Shown: in pieces, positions 41,852 through 51,439 of the stretch
How the letters are laid out: every line of letters begins with the position of its first letter
How positions within the stretch are numbered: position 1 is the stretch's first letter
Assembly (NCBI GenBank): GCA_963847705.1
Contig: CAWKBC010000034.1
Span: 32,001-96,000, forward strand
Reading direction: 5' to 3'
Source of the DNA: an uncultured Pseudomonadota bacterium
GTDB lineage: Bacteria; Myxococcota_A; Polyangia; Fen-1088
DNA length: 64,000 nt
Program-made: the position numbers and the translations under genes
The notes under the pieces: model-generated
Told to the model about the DNA's origin: nothing
Databases searched by the model: none
Seen by the model: only the letters and a program-made list of their open reading frames with translations

Positions 41852-43489
41852 CTACTGACCCGCCACGTGGCCGCGGCTCCAGTCGGCGAGGCGGTGCTGG
41901 GCGCGGCGGAGCTCGTCGAGCTGCTCGCGCAGCCTGGCGACGTTCGAGCGGTAGACACGGTTCTCGGGGGCCAGCGCGGCGGCCCGCTCCCAGGCTTGCA
42001 GCGCCTCACCGTAGCGCCCCGCCAGGCGCAGCGCGATCCCCCGGTCGAACAGCTCGACCGCGCGCTGGAGCGGCGAACGGTGGCTGTCGTGCGGCGGCTG
42101 GTCCGGCGTGCGTCGCCACCCCAGCAGGCCGGGCGCCGTTCCGCTCGGACCGCCGAACACCCGCTCGAACAGCTGGCCGGGCGGGCTCCAGTGCGGCGCC
42201 GACGGATCGGCGCGGCGGGACTGCGGCGGCGGCGACGGCGGCGGCGCGATGTCGGCGCGCGCGCGGCTGGGGATCGGCGGCAGCGGCGGCGGTCCCTCCG
42301 GACGTTCGGCAAAGCCGTTTTCCGTCCGCGCGCCCGCCATCTGGATCGGCCCCGAGGCTTCGATGATCTCGACCTCGCAGAGCGCGACGTCGGCACCCGA
42401 GGAAGGATCGGCGGCGATCTCGACTGACTCCGGCACCGCCTCGACGGGCGCGAGCAGGATCGGCACCGGCTCGGGCGTCTCCATGAGTGCCGCCAGCGAC
42501 GCCGTCACGTCGTGCTCCCGGTTCGACGCACCAAATCCATCGAGGCAGCGGGTGAGCGCCTCCCGCATCTGCCGCGCCGTCGCGAACCGATCGGCCGGAG
42601 CGGCCGCCATCGCCCGCATCACCACCTCGGCCACCGGCGCCGGCAGCGACGGCAAGCGGTCGCGCGGATCGTAGAGCCGCCCCGAGGCGACCGCCTGGAT
42701 GATCACCGGGTCGGGACCGTCGTAGGGCCGGGCCCCGGTGAGGCACTCGTAGAGGATCACGCCGGCTGAATAGAGATCGCTGCGGCGATCCTCGGAGGTG
42801 CGACGGACCCGCTCGGGCGCGGCGTAGCGGTACTTGCCGACGAAGACCGACGGGACGGCGGTGCGGGTGGTGGCGCGCGCGGCGCCGAAGTCGATCAACT
42901 TCGCCGCGCCGCTGGTCGAGACGATGACGTTGTCGGGGCTGAGATCGCGGTGAATGAGGCCCAGCGCGCCGCTGCCGTCGCAGAGCTCGTGGACCTCGTG
43001 CAGGGCCTCGCAGACGTCGATCATCACGTGCAGCGTGGTCGCCACGGGGAGCAGCTCGCCGCGCGCCAGCATCCGCTTGTGCGCGAAGCGCAGCGTGACG
43101 CCCGGGACGTACTCCATGCCGATGAAGTAGCGCCCCTCGAGCTGACCGAAGTCGAACACGTGCGCGATGTTCGGGTGGCTGAAGGCCGAGGCCAGCGTCG
43201 CTTCGTTGATGAACATCTCGACGAGATCGGGGCGCCCGGCCAGCTGGGGCAACATCGTCTTGATGACGATCCGCTTCTCGAACCCGCGCACCCCTTTCAG
43301 CTTGGCCCGCCAGACCTCGGCCATCCCCCCGGTGGCCAGCTTCGAGTCGATCTCGTAGCGGCTGAAGTGGGTGCCGGCCTGCCAGTCCGACGTGACGCCG
43401 CGGGTGTCCGGAAGCCCGACGGTGGTCGAGCCGGTGACGTTGGTGGACGTCGTCATCCGGACGCCCTGGAAGCGGAGGTCATTCGCCAT
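41852..43489 (-). CDS. Ser/Thr protein kinase with Pro-rich linker and C-terminal TPR
   Basis: GGMAEV, VIK, IHRDLSPDN, DFG, YAAPE, DLYSAG. Confidence 0.92.
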   Translation of the reverse strand: MANDLRFQGVRMTTSTNVTGSTTVGLPDTRGVTSDWQAGTHFSRYEIDSKLATGGMAEVWRAKLKGVRGFEKRIVIKTMLPQLAGRPDLVEMFINEATLASAFSHPNIAHVFDFGQLEGRYFIGMEYVPGVTLRFAHKRMLARGELLPVATTLHVMIDVCEALHEVHELCDGSGALGLIHRDLSPDNVIVSTSGAAKLIDFGAARATTRTAVPSVFVGKYRYAAPERVRRTSEDRRSDLYSAGVILYECLTGARPYDGPDPVIIQAVASGRLYDPRDRLPSLPAPVAEVVMRAMAAAPADRFATARQMREALTRCLDGFGASNREHDVTASLAALMETPEPVPILLAPVEAVPESVEIAADPSSGADVALCEVEIIEASGPIQMAGARTENGFAERPEGPPPLPPIPSRARADIAPPPSPPPQSRRADPSAPHWSPPGQLFERVFGGPSGTAPGLLGWRRTPDQPPHDSHRSPLQRAVELFDRGIALRLAGRYGEALQAWERAAALAPENRVYRSNVARLREQLDELRRAQHRLADWSRGHVAGQ

Positions 43490-43647
43490 CACGTCGCCTC
43501 GAACTCGAAGAGAACGGATCAACGGCGCACTGCCGGAAAACTTAACTGGCGCGTCAAGAAATGCAGGCCAGCTTGCATTTCGCTCTGCCGCCGATTGGGC
43601 AAGCGCCCGTTTGCCTTGGGATAGGACAGCCGGCATTCTGTCCGACG

Positions 43648-44010
43648 GTGTCGTCGCTCCGCGCGCTCTTCTCGACCGAGATCTTCATGCCCCGCGGGCA
43701 CGACTACTTCTGGACGCCGACGCTGCTGGTGCTGGAGGGCGTCTCGAACCTGGTCCTGGCGCTCGCCAGCTTCGTGCTGGCGGCGGCGTTCCTGCGGCGA
43801 CGTGCGGGGCGAGCCGTTCTGGCCGGGCGGACCTGGGCCGTGCTGGCGCTGGGCGTCGGTCTCGCGGCCTTGACGCACCTGCTCGATGTCTGGCTGATCT
43901 GGGCGCCGCTCTACTGGCTCGATGCGCTCGTCCGATGCCTGGCCGCGCTCGTCGCCATCGTGGCCGCCGTCCTCTTGCTCAACGACCGTGGTGCACGTGG
44001 CGATCGCTGA
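43648..44010 (+). CDS. Stand-alone 3-TM protein resembling an ethylene-receptor-type N-terminal sensor domain (degenerate)
   Basis: FMPRGHDYFW.P..L...SN..LALA...THLLDVW.IW.PLYWL mirrors the FMPHGHCYLW...SD..IA.AY...CG.TH...W..W.P.YW family pattern. Confidence 0.65.
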   Translation: MSSLRALFSTEIFMPRGHDYFWTPTLLVLEGVSNLVLALASFVLAAAFLRRRAGRAVLAGRTWAVLALGVGLAALTHLLDVWLIWAPLYWLDALVRCLAALVAIVAAVLLLNDRGARGDR

Positions 44011-45565
44011 GTACGGCGCGCTCGACGCGCTCGGCCTGGCGGAGCTGGTCCGGCAGCGACAGGTCTCGCCCACCGAGCTGCTCGAAGAGGCGATCGGCCG
44101 CAACGAACGGGTGAACCCCAAGCTCGGCGCGGTCATCACGACGGTCTACGAGGAGGCCCGGCGCGTCGCCGGCGCGCTGGGCCAGGTTGGTGCCGCCGGC
44201 GGCTCCGTCGACCGCTCTGTCGCCGGATCGTTCGCCGGGGTGCCGTTTCTGGTGAAGGACATCTACTGCGACATGGCGGGCGTGCCGGCGACGAGCAGCA
44301 GCCGCTACCTCCTCGGACACAAGCCGGCGCGCGACGCGACCATCGTCGAGCGCTTCCGCACGGCCGGTCTCGTCATCTTCGGCCGCACCAACACGCCCGA
44401 GCTGGGCCTTCTCCCGGTCACGGAACCCGCGCTTCACGGACCGACCAGGAACCCCTGGGATCCGGCGCTCACCCCGGGCGGCTCGAGCGGGGGCGCAGCC
44501 GCTGCCGTGGCCGCCGGGATCGTCCCGCTCGCGCACGCCAACGACGGCGGCGGCTCGATCCGCATCCCCGCCTCCTGCTGCGGCCTCTTCGGCCTGAAGC
44601 CCACGCGCGCCCGCACACCGGCCGGCCCGGAGCACTCGCAGCTCTGGAACGGGTTCACCATCGCGCACGCGATCTCGCGCAGCGTCCGCGACAGCGCGGC
44701 GCTGCTCGACGCGATCGCCGGCCCCGAGCCGACCTCGCCCTACTGGGCGCCACCGCCCGCGCGTCCGTTCCTCGAGGAGGTCGGGACACCGCCGGGGCGG
44801 CTGCGGATCGCCCTCACCAAGCGGCCGCAGGTGACCTCCGCCCCGCTCCACCCCGACTGCGCCGCGGCGGCCGACGACGCCGCCCGGCTGCTGGCCGGGC
44901 TCGGCCATGAGGTCGAGGAGGCCGAGCCCGAGCTCGACGCCGAGGCGTTCGCCCGCGACTTCTTCACGCTGGTCTGCGTGGAGACCGCGGCTTTTCTGGC
45001 ACGCGCCCAGACGATCCTCGGCCGCCGGCCCCGGCGCGGCGAGCTGGAGAGCGCCACCGCCATCACCGCGCTGCTCGGCCGGCAGCGCTCGGCCCTCGAG
45101 GCGGCGCGGGCCCGCGAACGACTGGAGGCGAGCGCGCGCAAGACGCTGACCTTCTTCGAACGCCACGACCTGCTGTTGTCGCCCACGCTGGCGCTCCCCC
45201 CGCCAGCTCTCGGCGCGCTCAAGCCGCGGGGGCTGGAGGCGTTCGGACAAGAGCTGCTGCTCGGCCTGCACCTGGGGGCCTTGCTGCGCATCCCGGGTGT
45301 CATCGACGCGTCGGTCCGGCGGGTCTTCTCGTTCATCCCCTTCTCGCCGCTGGCGAACGTGACCGGCCAGCCGGCGATGAACGTCCCGCTCCACTGGAAC
45401 GCCGCCGGGCTGCCGATCGGCAGCCAGCTCGTGGCGCGCTTCGGCGACGAGGCGACGCTGTTCCGGGTCGCCGCCCAGCTCGAGTCCGCTCGCCCCTGGC
45501 GCGATCGCCGCCCGGGGATCCACGCCGATGCGGCGGCGGGCCAGCTCACCCCCGACCGACGTTGA
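43997..45565 (+). CDS. Amidase signature family protein
   Basis: [31 protein letters not shown]. Confidence 0.93.
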   Translation: MAIAEYGALDALGLAELVRQRQVSPTELLEEAIGRNERVNPKLGAVITTVYEEARRVAGALGQVGAAGGSVDRSVAGSFAGVPFLVKDIYCDMAGVPATSSSRYLLGHKPARDATIVERFRTAGLVIFGRTNTPELGLLPVTEPALHGPTRNPWDPALTPGGSSGGAAAAVAAGIVPLAHANDGGGSIRIPASCCGLFGLKPTRARTPAGPEHSQLWNGFTIAHAISRSVRDSAALLDAIAGPEPTSPYWAPPPARPFLEEVGTPPGRLRIALTKRPQVTSAPLHPDCAAAADDAARLLAGLGHEVEEAEPELDAEAFARDFFTLVCVETAAFLARAQTILGRRPRRGELESATAITALLGRQRSALEAARARERLEASARKTLTFFERHDLLLSPTLALPPPALGALKPRGLEAFGQELLLGLHLGALLRIPGVIDASVRRVFSFIPFSPLANVTGQPAMNVPLHWNAAGLPIGSQLVARFGDEATLFRVAAQLESARPWRDRRPGIHADAAAGQLTPDRR

Positions 45566-45731
45566 CGGTCACGTCGCCGTCGGGCGAGACCCGCACGGTG
45601 ACCGTCCAGGGGTTGCAACAGACGGCGCAGTCCTGCACGAACACCTGATCACCCACGGCGTCGGGATCGTAGTCGTCGGCGATCTCGCCCGGCTCGCCAC
45701 AGAATGGACACTGAACCTCGTCGAGCATCAC
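45546..45731 (-). CDS. CPXCG-motif small Cys-rich protein
   Basis: CPFCGE and QDCAVCCNP; GAGGAGG RBS. Confidence 0.85.
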   Translation of the reverse strand: MMLDEVQCPFCGEPGEIADDYDPDAVGDQVFVQDCAVCCNPWTVTVRVSPDGDVTVNVGRG

Positions 45732-45747
45732 GCCTCCTCGGCCCGCC

Positions 45748-45984
45748 TCACACTTCGTAGTCGGGCGCGGGCGGGACGCGGCCGTAGTTGATCTTGTCCC
45801 AGACGCGCTCGTGCAGAAAGTAGATGAGCAGCTTCACCGCGGTGTCGATGAGGCCGACCTTGGCGGCAAAGTCACCCTTGCCGGTGATCGCGAAGACGAC
45901 GCAGCTGGTGATGACGGCGGCGAAGACCCGCCAGGAGATCGACTTGACGATGCTGCGGCGGCGGAGCTCGTAGGTCTGCGCCAT
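45748..45984 (-). CDS. DUF2061 family small membrane protein
   Basis: RSIVKSISWR...YFLHERVW; coupled to cysK. Confidence 0.88.
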   Translation of the reverse strand: MAQTYELRRRSIVKSISWRVFAAVITSCVVFAITGKGDFAAKVGLIDTAVKLLIYFLHERVWDKINYGRVPPAPDYEV

Positions 45985-46928
45985 CAGCGCGCCTCGGTTC
46001 CCACCTTGCGCGCGATGTCGGCGAAGACGGCGTTGTTGGCGTAGCGCTCGCCCCCGTCGGGGAGGATCACGACGATCCGCTTGCCGGACATCTGGGGCCG
46101 CCTGGCCAGGACCAGCGCCGCGTGCAGCGCCGCCCCGCTCGACATCCCGGCGGCGATCCCCTCCTGACGCGCCAGCTGAAGCTGCGCGCGGACCGCCTCT
46201 TCCTCGGTCACGGCAATGACCTCGTCGATGACGGCCCGGTTGAGGATCTCCGGGACGAACCCGGCGCCCAGGCCCGGCAGGTGGTGCGTGCCAGCCGCGC
46301 GGCCCGACAGCACGGCGGCGCCCGCCGGCTCGACCGCCACCACCCGGCATCCCGGGCGACGCGCCTTCAGCACCTCGCCGACGCCGGTGATCGTCCCGCC
46401 GGTCCCCACGCCCGAAACGAAACCGTCGATCTCGCCGCCCAGATCGGCCCAGATCTCCTCGGCCGTCGTGCGGCGATGAATCTCCGGGTTGGCCGGGTTC
46501 TTGAACTGCTGCAACATCACCGCACCGGGCGTCGCCGCTACCAGCTCTTCGGCCTTGGCCACCGCCTCGCGCATCAGCGAGCCCGGCGTGAAGACGATCT
46601 CTGCGCCCAGCATCCGCAAGAGCGCCACCCGCTCCTGCGAGATGCGCTCCGGCATGACCAGCGTGAGGGGATATCCCTTGGCTGCGGCCACGAACGCCAG
46701 CGCGATGCCGGTGTTGCCGCTGGTCGGCTCGACCAGCTTGGCGCCCGACTTGATGACACCGCGGCGCTCGGCGTCCTCGATCAGCGCCACACCGACGCGA
46801 TCCTTCACGCTGCCGCACGGGTTGCGGGACTCCATCTTCACGAAGATCCGCCCGCCGCCCGTGTCGAGGTGGCCGAGCTCGACCATCGGAGTCCGCCCGA
46901 CCGACTGAACGATGTCCGCGAACAGCAT
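45984..46928 (-). CDS. cysK: Cysteine synthase A
   Basis: NPCGSVKDR PLP lysine, EPTSGNTG, QQFKNPAN, GVGTGGT. Confidence 0.93.
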   Translation of the reverse strand: MLFADIVQSVGRTPMVELGHLDTGGGRIFVKMESRNPCGSVKDRVGVALIEDAERRGVIKSGAKLVEPTSGNTGIALAFVAAAKGYPLTLVMPERISQERVALLRMLGAEIVFTPGSLMREAVAKAEELVAATPGAVMLQQFKNPANPEIHRRTTAEEIWADLGGEIDGFVSGVGTGGTITGVGEVLKARRPGCRVVAVEPAGAAVLSGRAAGTHHLPGLGAGFVPEILNRAVIDEVIAVTEEEAVRAQLQLARQEGIAAGMSSGAALHAALVLARRPQMSGKRIVVILPDGGERYANNAVFADIARKVGTEAR

Positions 46929-46993
46929 GCGCCTCTCATAACACGGTCCGTCGCGACCGCGCATCGGGGCGGGGTCTGGTCGAGGGGCCGTCG

Positions 46994-47572
46994 TCAGTTG
47001 CGCTTCATCTTTCCCATCAGATGATGTCGCGGCACCAACCCGCCCGACTCCGGGAGCGGCGGCTGCAGGGGCGGACGTGGGCCAATCAAGCCCATCATCC
47101 GCGACTCATCGATGTCCCACGGCAAGACCCCGGGGCGCCCGACTTTGGGCGCCAGAAGGGCGGGCGGCGGCGGCCCTCCGGCGAGGAGGCTCCGCAGCCG
47201 GCAAAGGCCCGCCCCGATCGCGATGATCTCCGTCAGCCCGACCAAAACCATCATCCCCAGGAACGGCAGGAACCCGCGGCGCCGCGCCGCGCGAAGCCGC
47301 GCCCAGCAGTCGGCCGTCACCACCGTCCCGTCGGGGCGGCGCAGGATACGCACGCAGACGCGCCCCTCGCGCGCCGTGATCAGGCGATGCGCTTCGACGC
47401 GGCTCATCGCCTCGACGTTGTAGACGTTTTGCCGACATTGTCCGCAAAACCGCACCCTTTCATCTCCCCCCGCCCCACCCGCGCCCCGCGTCTCGTCCCA
47501 GGAGACGGTGCAAGGCGAGCTGATCTCGATCCGATCGATCGTGTCGCGCGAGGCGCAATCGGGCTGGCTCAT
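46994..47572 (-). CDS. Hypothetical membrane protein with N-terminal Cys-rich (putative Zn-binding) domain
   Basis: PC..SWD...RFCGQC...VYN...CVR...DGTVVTADC, followed by a TM helix. Confidence 0.7.
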   Translation of the reverse strand: MSQPDCASRDTIDRIEISSPCTVSWDETRGAGGAGGDERVRFCGQCRQNVYNVEAMSRVEAHRLITAREGRVCVRILRRPDGTVVTADCWARLRAARRRGFLPFLGMMVLVGLTEIIAIGAGLCRLRSLLAGGPPPPALLAPKVGRPGVLPWDIDESRMMGLIGPRPPLQPPLPESGGLVPRHHLMGKMKRN

Positions 47573-47634
47573 GGATCAACAGACGCACGAGCCGCCGAAA
47601 AGTTCTGGGGAACCGGCGGCGATTTCTGGTGCCG

Positions 47635-48597
47635 CTATTTCTTGTGCTTCGCTTTCGCCTTTTCCGCCCCGGCCGGCGCGGCCGGGTGCGTCTTGACGAC
47701 GGACTCGATCACGAAGTCGGCCTTGACGAAACCCTGGCCCCACTTGGCGTCGAGATCCGCGAGCGGCTTGGCGGCCTTGATCTCGTCGACCGTCTTCTTG
47801 GCCGAGAGCAGCTTGCCCGTCCGGTCGCGCACGTCGATCAACATCTGGCGGTAGGCGACCAGGTCGGCCTTGGTCATCAGCGGGCCGTGGCCGGGGATGA
47901 TCTTGGTGTTGTCGTCGCAGAGGGAGAGGATGCGATCGGCGGCGGCGATGAAGCCTTCGAACTGACCGCCGCTGTCGACGTCGACGATCGGGTAGCCGGC
48001 GGTCACGGTGTCGCCGGTGTGGATCACGTTGGCGGTCTTGAAGTGGACGATCGAATCGCCGTCGGTGTGCGCCGGCGGGACGTGGATGACGTGCACGTCG
48101 TCGCCGTTCAGGTGCAGCGTGACGTCGTCCGTGAAGGTCACCACCGGCAACGCCGCGGGGGGCTGCGCCTTGATCGCCATCTCATGCCCGCCCATGTGCA
48201 AGACGTTGTCGACGCTGAGGCGCTTGCGGACGTTCTCCTGCGCGACGATCACCGCCCCGGCCGCGGCCATCGCCGGGTTGCCGCCGGTGTGGTCCATGTG
48301 CCAGTGGGTGTTGATCACGAAGCGCACCGGCTTCTTCGAGAGCGCGCCGAGCGCGGTCTTCAGCTTGGCGGTCATCGGCTCGATCTCGTCGTCGATGATG
48401 AAGAGGCCGTCGGCGCCGACCGAAACGGCCACGTTGCCGCCGGCGAAGCCATTGGCCCCCTCGATCATCGAGATAGCGGCGGTGACCGGGGTGGTCTTCA
48501 GCGTGACCTTGGTGGGGTCTCCCATCTGCGCGCGCGCCGAAGCGGCGACCAGCGAAAGACCGAGGAGAGCGACCGTGCGGCAGAGCGTCTTCTTCAT
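47635..48597 (-). CDS. Secreted MBL-fold metallo-hydrolase (cyclase-like)
   Basis: THWHMDHTGGN, AHTDGD, GD, PGHG; signal peptide. Confidence 0.9.
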   Translation of the reverse strand: MKKTLCRTVALLGLSLVAASARAQMGDPTKVTLKTTPVTAAISMIEGANGFAGGNVAVSVGADGLFIIDDEIEPMTAKLKTALGALSKKPVRFVINTHWHMDHTGGNPAMAAAGAVIVAQENVRKRLSVDNVLHMGGHEMAIKAQPPAALPVVTFTDDVTLHLNGDDVHVIHVPPAHTDGDSIVHFKTANVIHTGDTVTAGYPIVDVDSGGQFEGFIAAADRILSLCDDNTKIIPGHGPLMTKADLVAYRQMLIDVRDRTGKLLSAKKTVDEIKAAKPLADLDAKWGQGFVKADFVIESVVKTHPAAPAGAEKAKAKHKK

Positions 48598-48651
48598 GCG
48601 GCGGAGCTTGCCCAACCGCCGCGAGCGCCGCAAGGGTGTCGTCGAGGAGCT

Positions 48652-49257
48652 TCACGTCGGCTGCTGCAGCCCGCCACCCGTCGGAAGCTCGTCGCTCTTG
48701 TGTGCGTGCAGGTAGCCACGCAGGCGGAACCCCAGCACCGTGATCGCGATGCCGTAGACCATGGCGTAGGCGCCCAGCCACCAGACGACGGCCAGCGCGC
48801 CGACCAGGGGGCGAAAGAGGAGCAGCGCACCGAACGCGATCGAGACCGCGCCTGCCAGCGCGAGCGTCCACTCATGCGCGATGATCTTGCGCAGACGGAT
48901 CGCGCTGGCGATCTCCATTCCGCCCGTGATGATCGCCCAGAAGGCGAGCACCCAGAGAAACGCCAGCGCGAAGGAGGCCGGCCAGAACACCGCCGCCATC
49001 CCGGCCGCGACGTAGAGCAAACCCTCCAGCAGCAGCATCCCCCAGCGCGAATCACCTTCACGCCCGCCGCGCGCCGCGCTCACCAGCGCGGCGATTCCGC
49101 TGATGAACGAATAGGCGGCGAACATCAACACGACGGTCAACCCGATCGTCCCCGGCTGCGCGATGGCGAGCACCCCGAAGAGAATCGCGACCACGCCGCG
49201 CAACACCACCCAGCCCCACCGCGACGCCAAACCCAGCTCGGCCTTTTCCGCCAACAT
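48652..49257 (-). CDS. HdeD/DUF308 family membrane protein
   Basis: W.WVVLRGVVAILFG, 6 TM segments, AIRLRK.I. Confidence 0.9.
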   Translation of the reverse strand: MLAEKAELGLASRWGWVVLRGVVAILFGVLAIAQPGTIGLTVVLMFAAYSFISGIAALVSAARGGREGDSRWGMLLLEGLLYVAAGMAAVFWPASFALAFLWVLAFWAIITGGMEIASAIRLRKIIAHEWTLALAGAVSIAFGALLLFRPLVGALAVVWWLGAYAMVYGIAITVLGFRLRGYLHAHKSDELPTGGGLQQPT

Positions 49258-49356
49258 GGTTCTACCTCCCACTACCTGGAAGCTAGGGTCGGCGGAGGCG
49301 CGATGACAGGGGCGGCCCGAGTCGACAAGGGCGAACGCTCGAGTCGGCCGGCGGCT

Positions 49357-50619
49357 CTACCGGCTGACTGACTGCTGCCATGAGACGACCTCGCCGTCGC
49401 GGTTGGCGACGAAGGAGACACCGCCGTCGTGGGAGATCACGATGGCCAGCCCCCGCGGGTGCTGGCGGACGAAGCGGTAGGCGGCCCGGTGGCGGGTGCC
49501 GACGTCCTCGACGGCGTTGACCTCGCGCCGCTGCCCTTCCGGGTCCAGCGCGCGCCAGATCTGCGGCGGCGCCGGGATCTCGCTCGACACCTCGGCCCCG
49601 AAGCCGAGCAGCGCGAACCCTTTGTCCAGGACCACCGCGCCGTCGATGGCGGCCAGGCCGGCGATCACCCGGCTCATCTCGAAGATCGACTGCTCCAGCT
49701 TGTCGAGATCCATGCTGGTGTCGCCCGCGAAGTCGGACCAGTCGACCGAGGCGTTCGTCGTCCCCGCCGCCAGACGATCGAGCATCTGCAGGAGCAGCGT
49801 TCGATAGCGGCGCGACGGTTCGTTCTGATCGAAGCGGTACTTGAGGTTCAGCCCTTGCAGCCCCGCGAAGGGCGCGCCCGGGAGCACGTCGGCGACCAGG
49901 ATCAGACCGCCATGGCGGGCGCCCAGGACCAGCTGGATCGCGCGCCGGAGCAGGTCCTGCCCGACGCGACCAACCAGCGACGGCTCGGCCGCCGTCGGAA
50001 CCGGCGCCTGGGCCTGCAGCGCGGCGTGCTCGCGGCGCACCTCCTCGCGCTCGTGGTCGAACATCGCCGGCAACCACTCGGAGTCGAACACGTCCATGAG
50101 CGCGTCGACCATCGCCCCCTGCTCGAGCCCGCCGATGAGCTTGCCGGCGCAGCGCACCGCGATGTGCCCCGGGCCGGTCACGTGAACGATCGGATCGAAC
50201 GTCCAGTTCGGCACCAGGACGCGACCGCCCCAGGTCGGCGCCAGCCAGGCCGGCCCCGAGTGCGCCAGCCCCCAGATGCGCAGCTTCCCTTCGAACGGAT
50301 AGACGCCGATCAGCGTCGTCTCGAACGGCGCCGACGGGCTGAGCTGGCGAAGCTCGTCGGCCGTCGCGGCGCGCGTGCGATCGAAGGCCAGGCGAAGGAC
50401 ACCCTGGTTCGGCGCGCCGCTGACGGGGAGCGCGTCGGGCGACATGATCAGCAAACGAAACCGCGTGGGCCGCGTCTCCTCGGCGGTCATCGAGGCGTGA
50501 AAGGCGATCGAGAGGGCCTCGCAGAGGAGATCGTGGGAGATGGTGAGCGTCCGACCCTCTGGCCAGTGCTCCCGGACGTAGCGCGCGAGGTCGGGGGGGT
50601 ATCGATATCCCGGCGTCAT
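49357..50619 (-). CDS. Sensor-domain (DACNV-like) diadenylate cyclase-domain protein
   Basis: C-terminal DisA_N motifs IDGAVVL, GTRHRAA and ISHDG. Confidence 0.75.
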   Translation of the reverse strand: MTPGYRYPPDLARYVREHWPEGRTLTISHDLLCEALSIAFHASMTAEETRPTRFRLLIMSPDALPVSGAPNQGVLRLAFDRTRAATADELRQLSPSAPFETTLIGVYPFEGKLRIWGLAHSGPAWLAPTWGGRVLVPNWTFDPIVHVTGPGHIAVRCAGKLIGGLEQGAMVDALMDVFDSEWLPAMFDHEREEVRREHAALQAQAPVPTAAEPSLVGRVGQDLLRRAIQLVLGARHGGLILVADVLPGAPFAGLQGLNLKYRFDQNEPSRRYRTLLLQMLDRLAAGTTNASVDWSDFAGDTSMDLDKLEQSIFEMSRVIAGLAAIDGAVVLDKGFALLGFGAEVSSEIPAPPQIWRALDPEGQRREVNAVEDVGTRHRAAYRFVRQHPRGLAIVISHDGGVSFVANRDGEVVSWQQSVSR

Positions 50620-50681
50620 CCCCTGAGCATGCCTCGATTCCGGGATGTGGGCCGCTCCGAACCGGCGAGCCGGGATTTCGG

Positions 50682-51419
50682 CTAGATCTGCGCCAGGCCG
50701 CCGTCGACGGCGAGCTCGGCGCCGGTGACGTAGGCCGCGTCGTCCGAGGCCAGGAACAGCACCGCGCGCGCCACATCCGTCGGCGTGCCCCAGCGGCCGA
50801 GCGGGACCATCCCCTCGACGGCGGCCCGCACCTCGGCCGAGCCGTGCGCGCGCGCCGTCAGCGGCGTCTCGACCGCGCCCGGGCTGACGACGTTGACCCG
50901 GATCCGCCGGCGCAGGACCTCCTCGTCCGCAGCCAGCGAGCGGGCCAGGCTCCGCACGGCGGCCTTGCTGGCCAGGTAGAGCGGATCGCCTGGGCGCCCC
51001 CGCGCGTGGGTCGCCGTCGCGGTGAACACGACCGAGGCCCCCGGACGGAAGAGCGGCAGCGCCCGCAGAAAGGAGAAGAAGACCCCCTTGAGGTTCACCG
51101 CGACGATCCGATCGAAGAACGCACCGTCCGTCTCCGCGAGCGGCGGACAGTCCGACATCCCGGCGTTGGCGAAGAGAACGTCGATCCCACCGTAATTCCG
51201 CTCGACCTCGCTCATGAGGCGCTCGATCTCCGAAACCTCCCCCACGTCGGCCGCGATGGCGAGCGCGGTGGGGAGCTCCGCGCGGACCGACGCCAGCGCG
51301 TCGGCGCCCCGCCCCACGATCGCCAGCTTGGCCCCCTCGCGCGAAAACTCCCGGGCGGCTGCCAGGCCGATCCCGCTCGTCCCCCCGGTGATGACGACGA
51401 CCTTGTCCTGGAATCTCAC
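50682..51419 (-). CDS. SDR family oxidoreductase
   Basis: TGGTSGIG, FANAG, YLASK, SPG; GGAGG RBS before GTG. Confidence 0.92.
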   Translation of the reverse strand: MRFQDKVVVITGGTSGIGLAAAREFSREGAKLAIVGRGADALASVRAELPTALAIAADVGEVSEIERLMSEVERNYGGIDVLFANAGMSDCPPLAETDGAFFDRIVAVNLKGVFFSFLRALPLFRPGASVVFTATATHARGRPGDPLYLASKAAVRSLARSLAADEEVLRRRIRVNVVSPGAVETPLTARAHGSAEVRAAVEGMVPLGRWGTPTDVARAVLFLASDDAAYVTGAELAVDGGLAQI

Positions 51420-51439
51420 CGGGGGCCTCCTTCCTGGCC

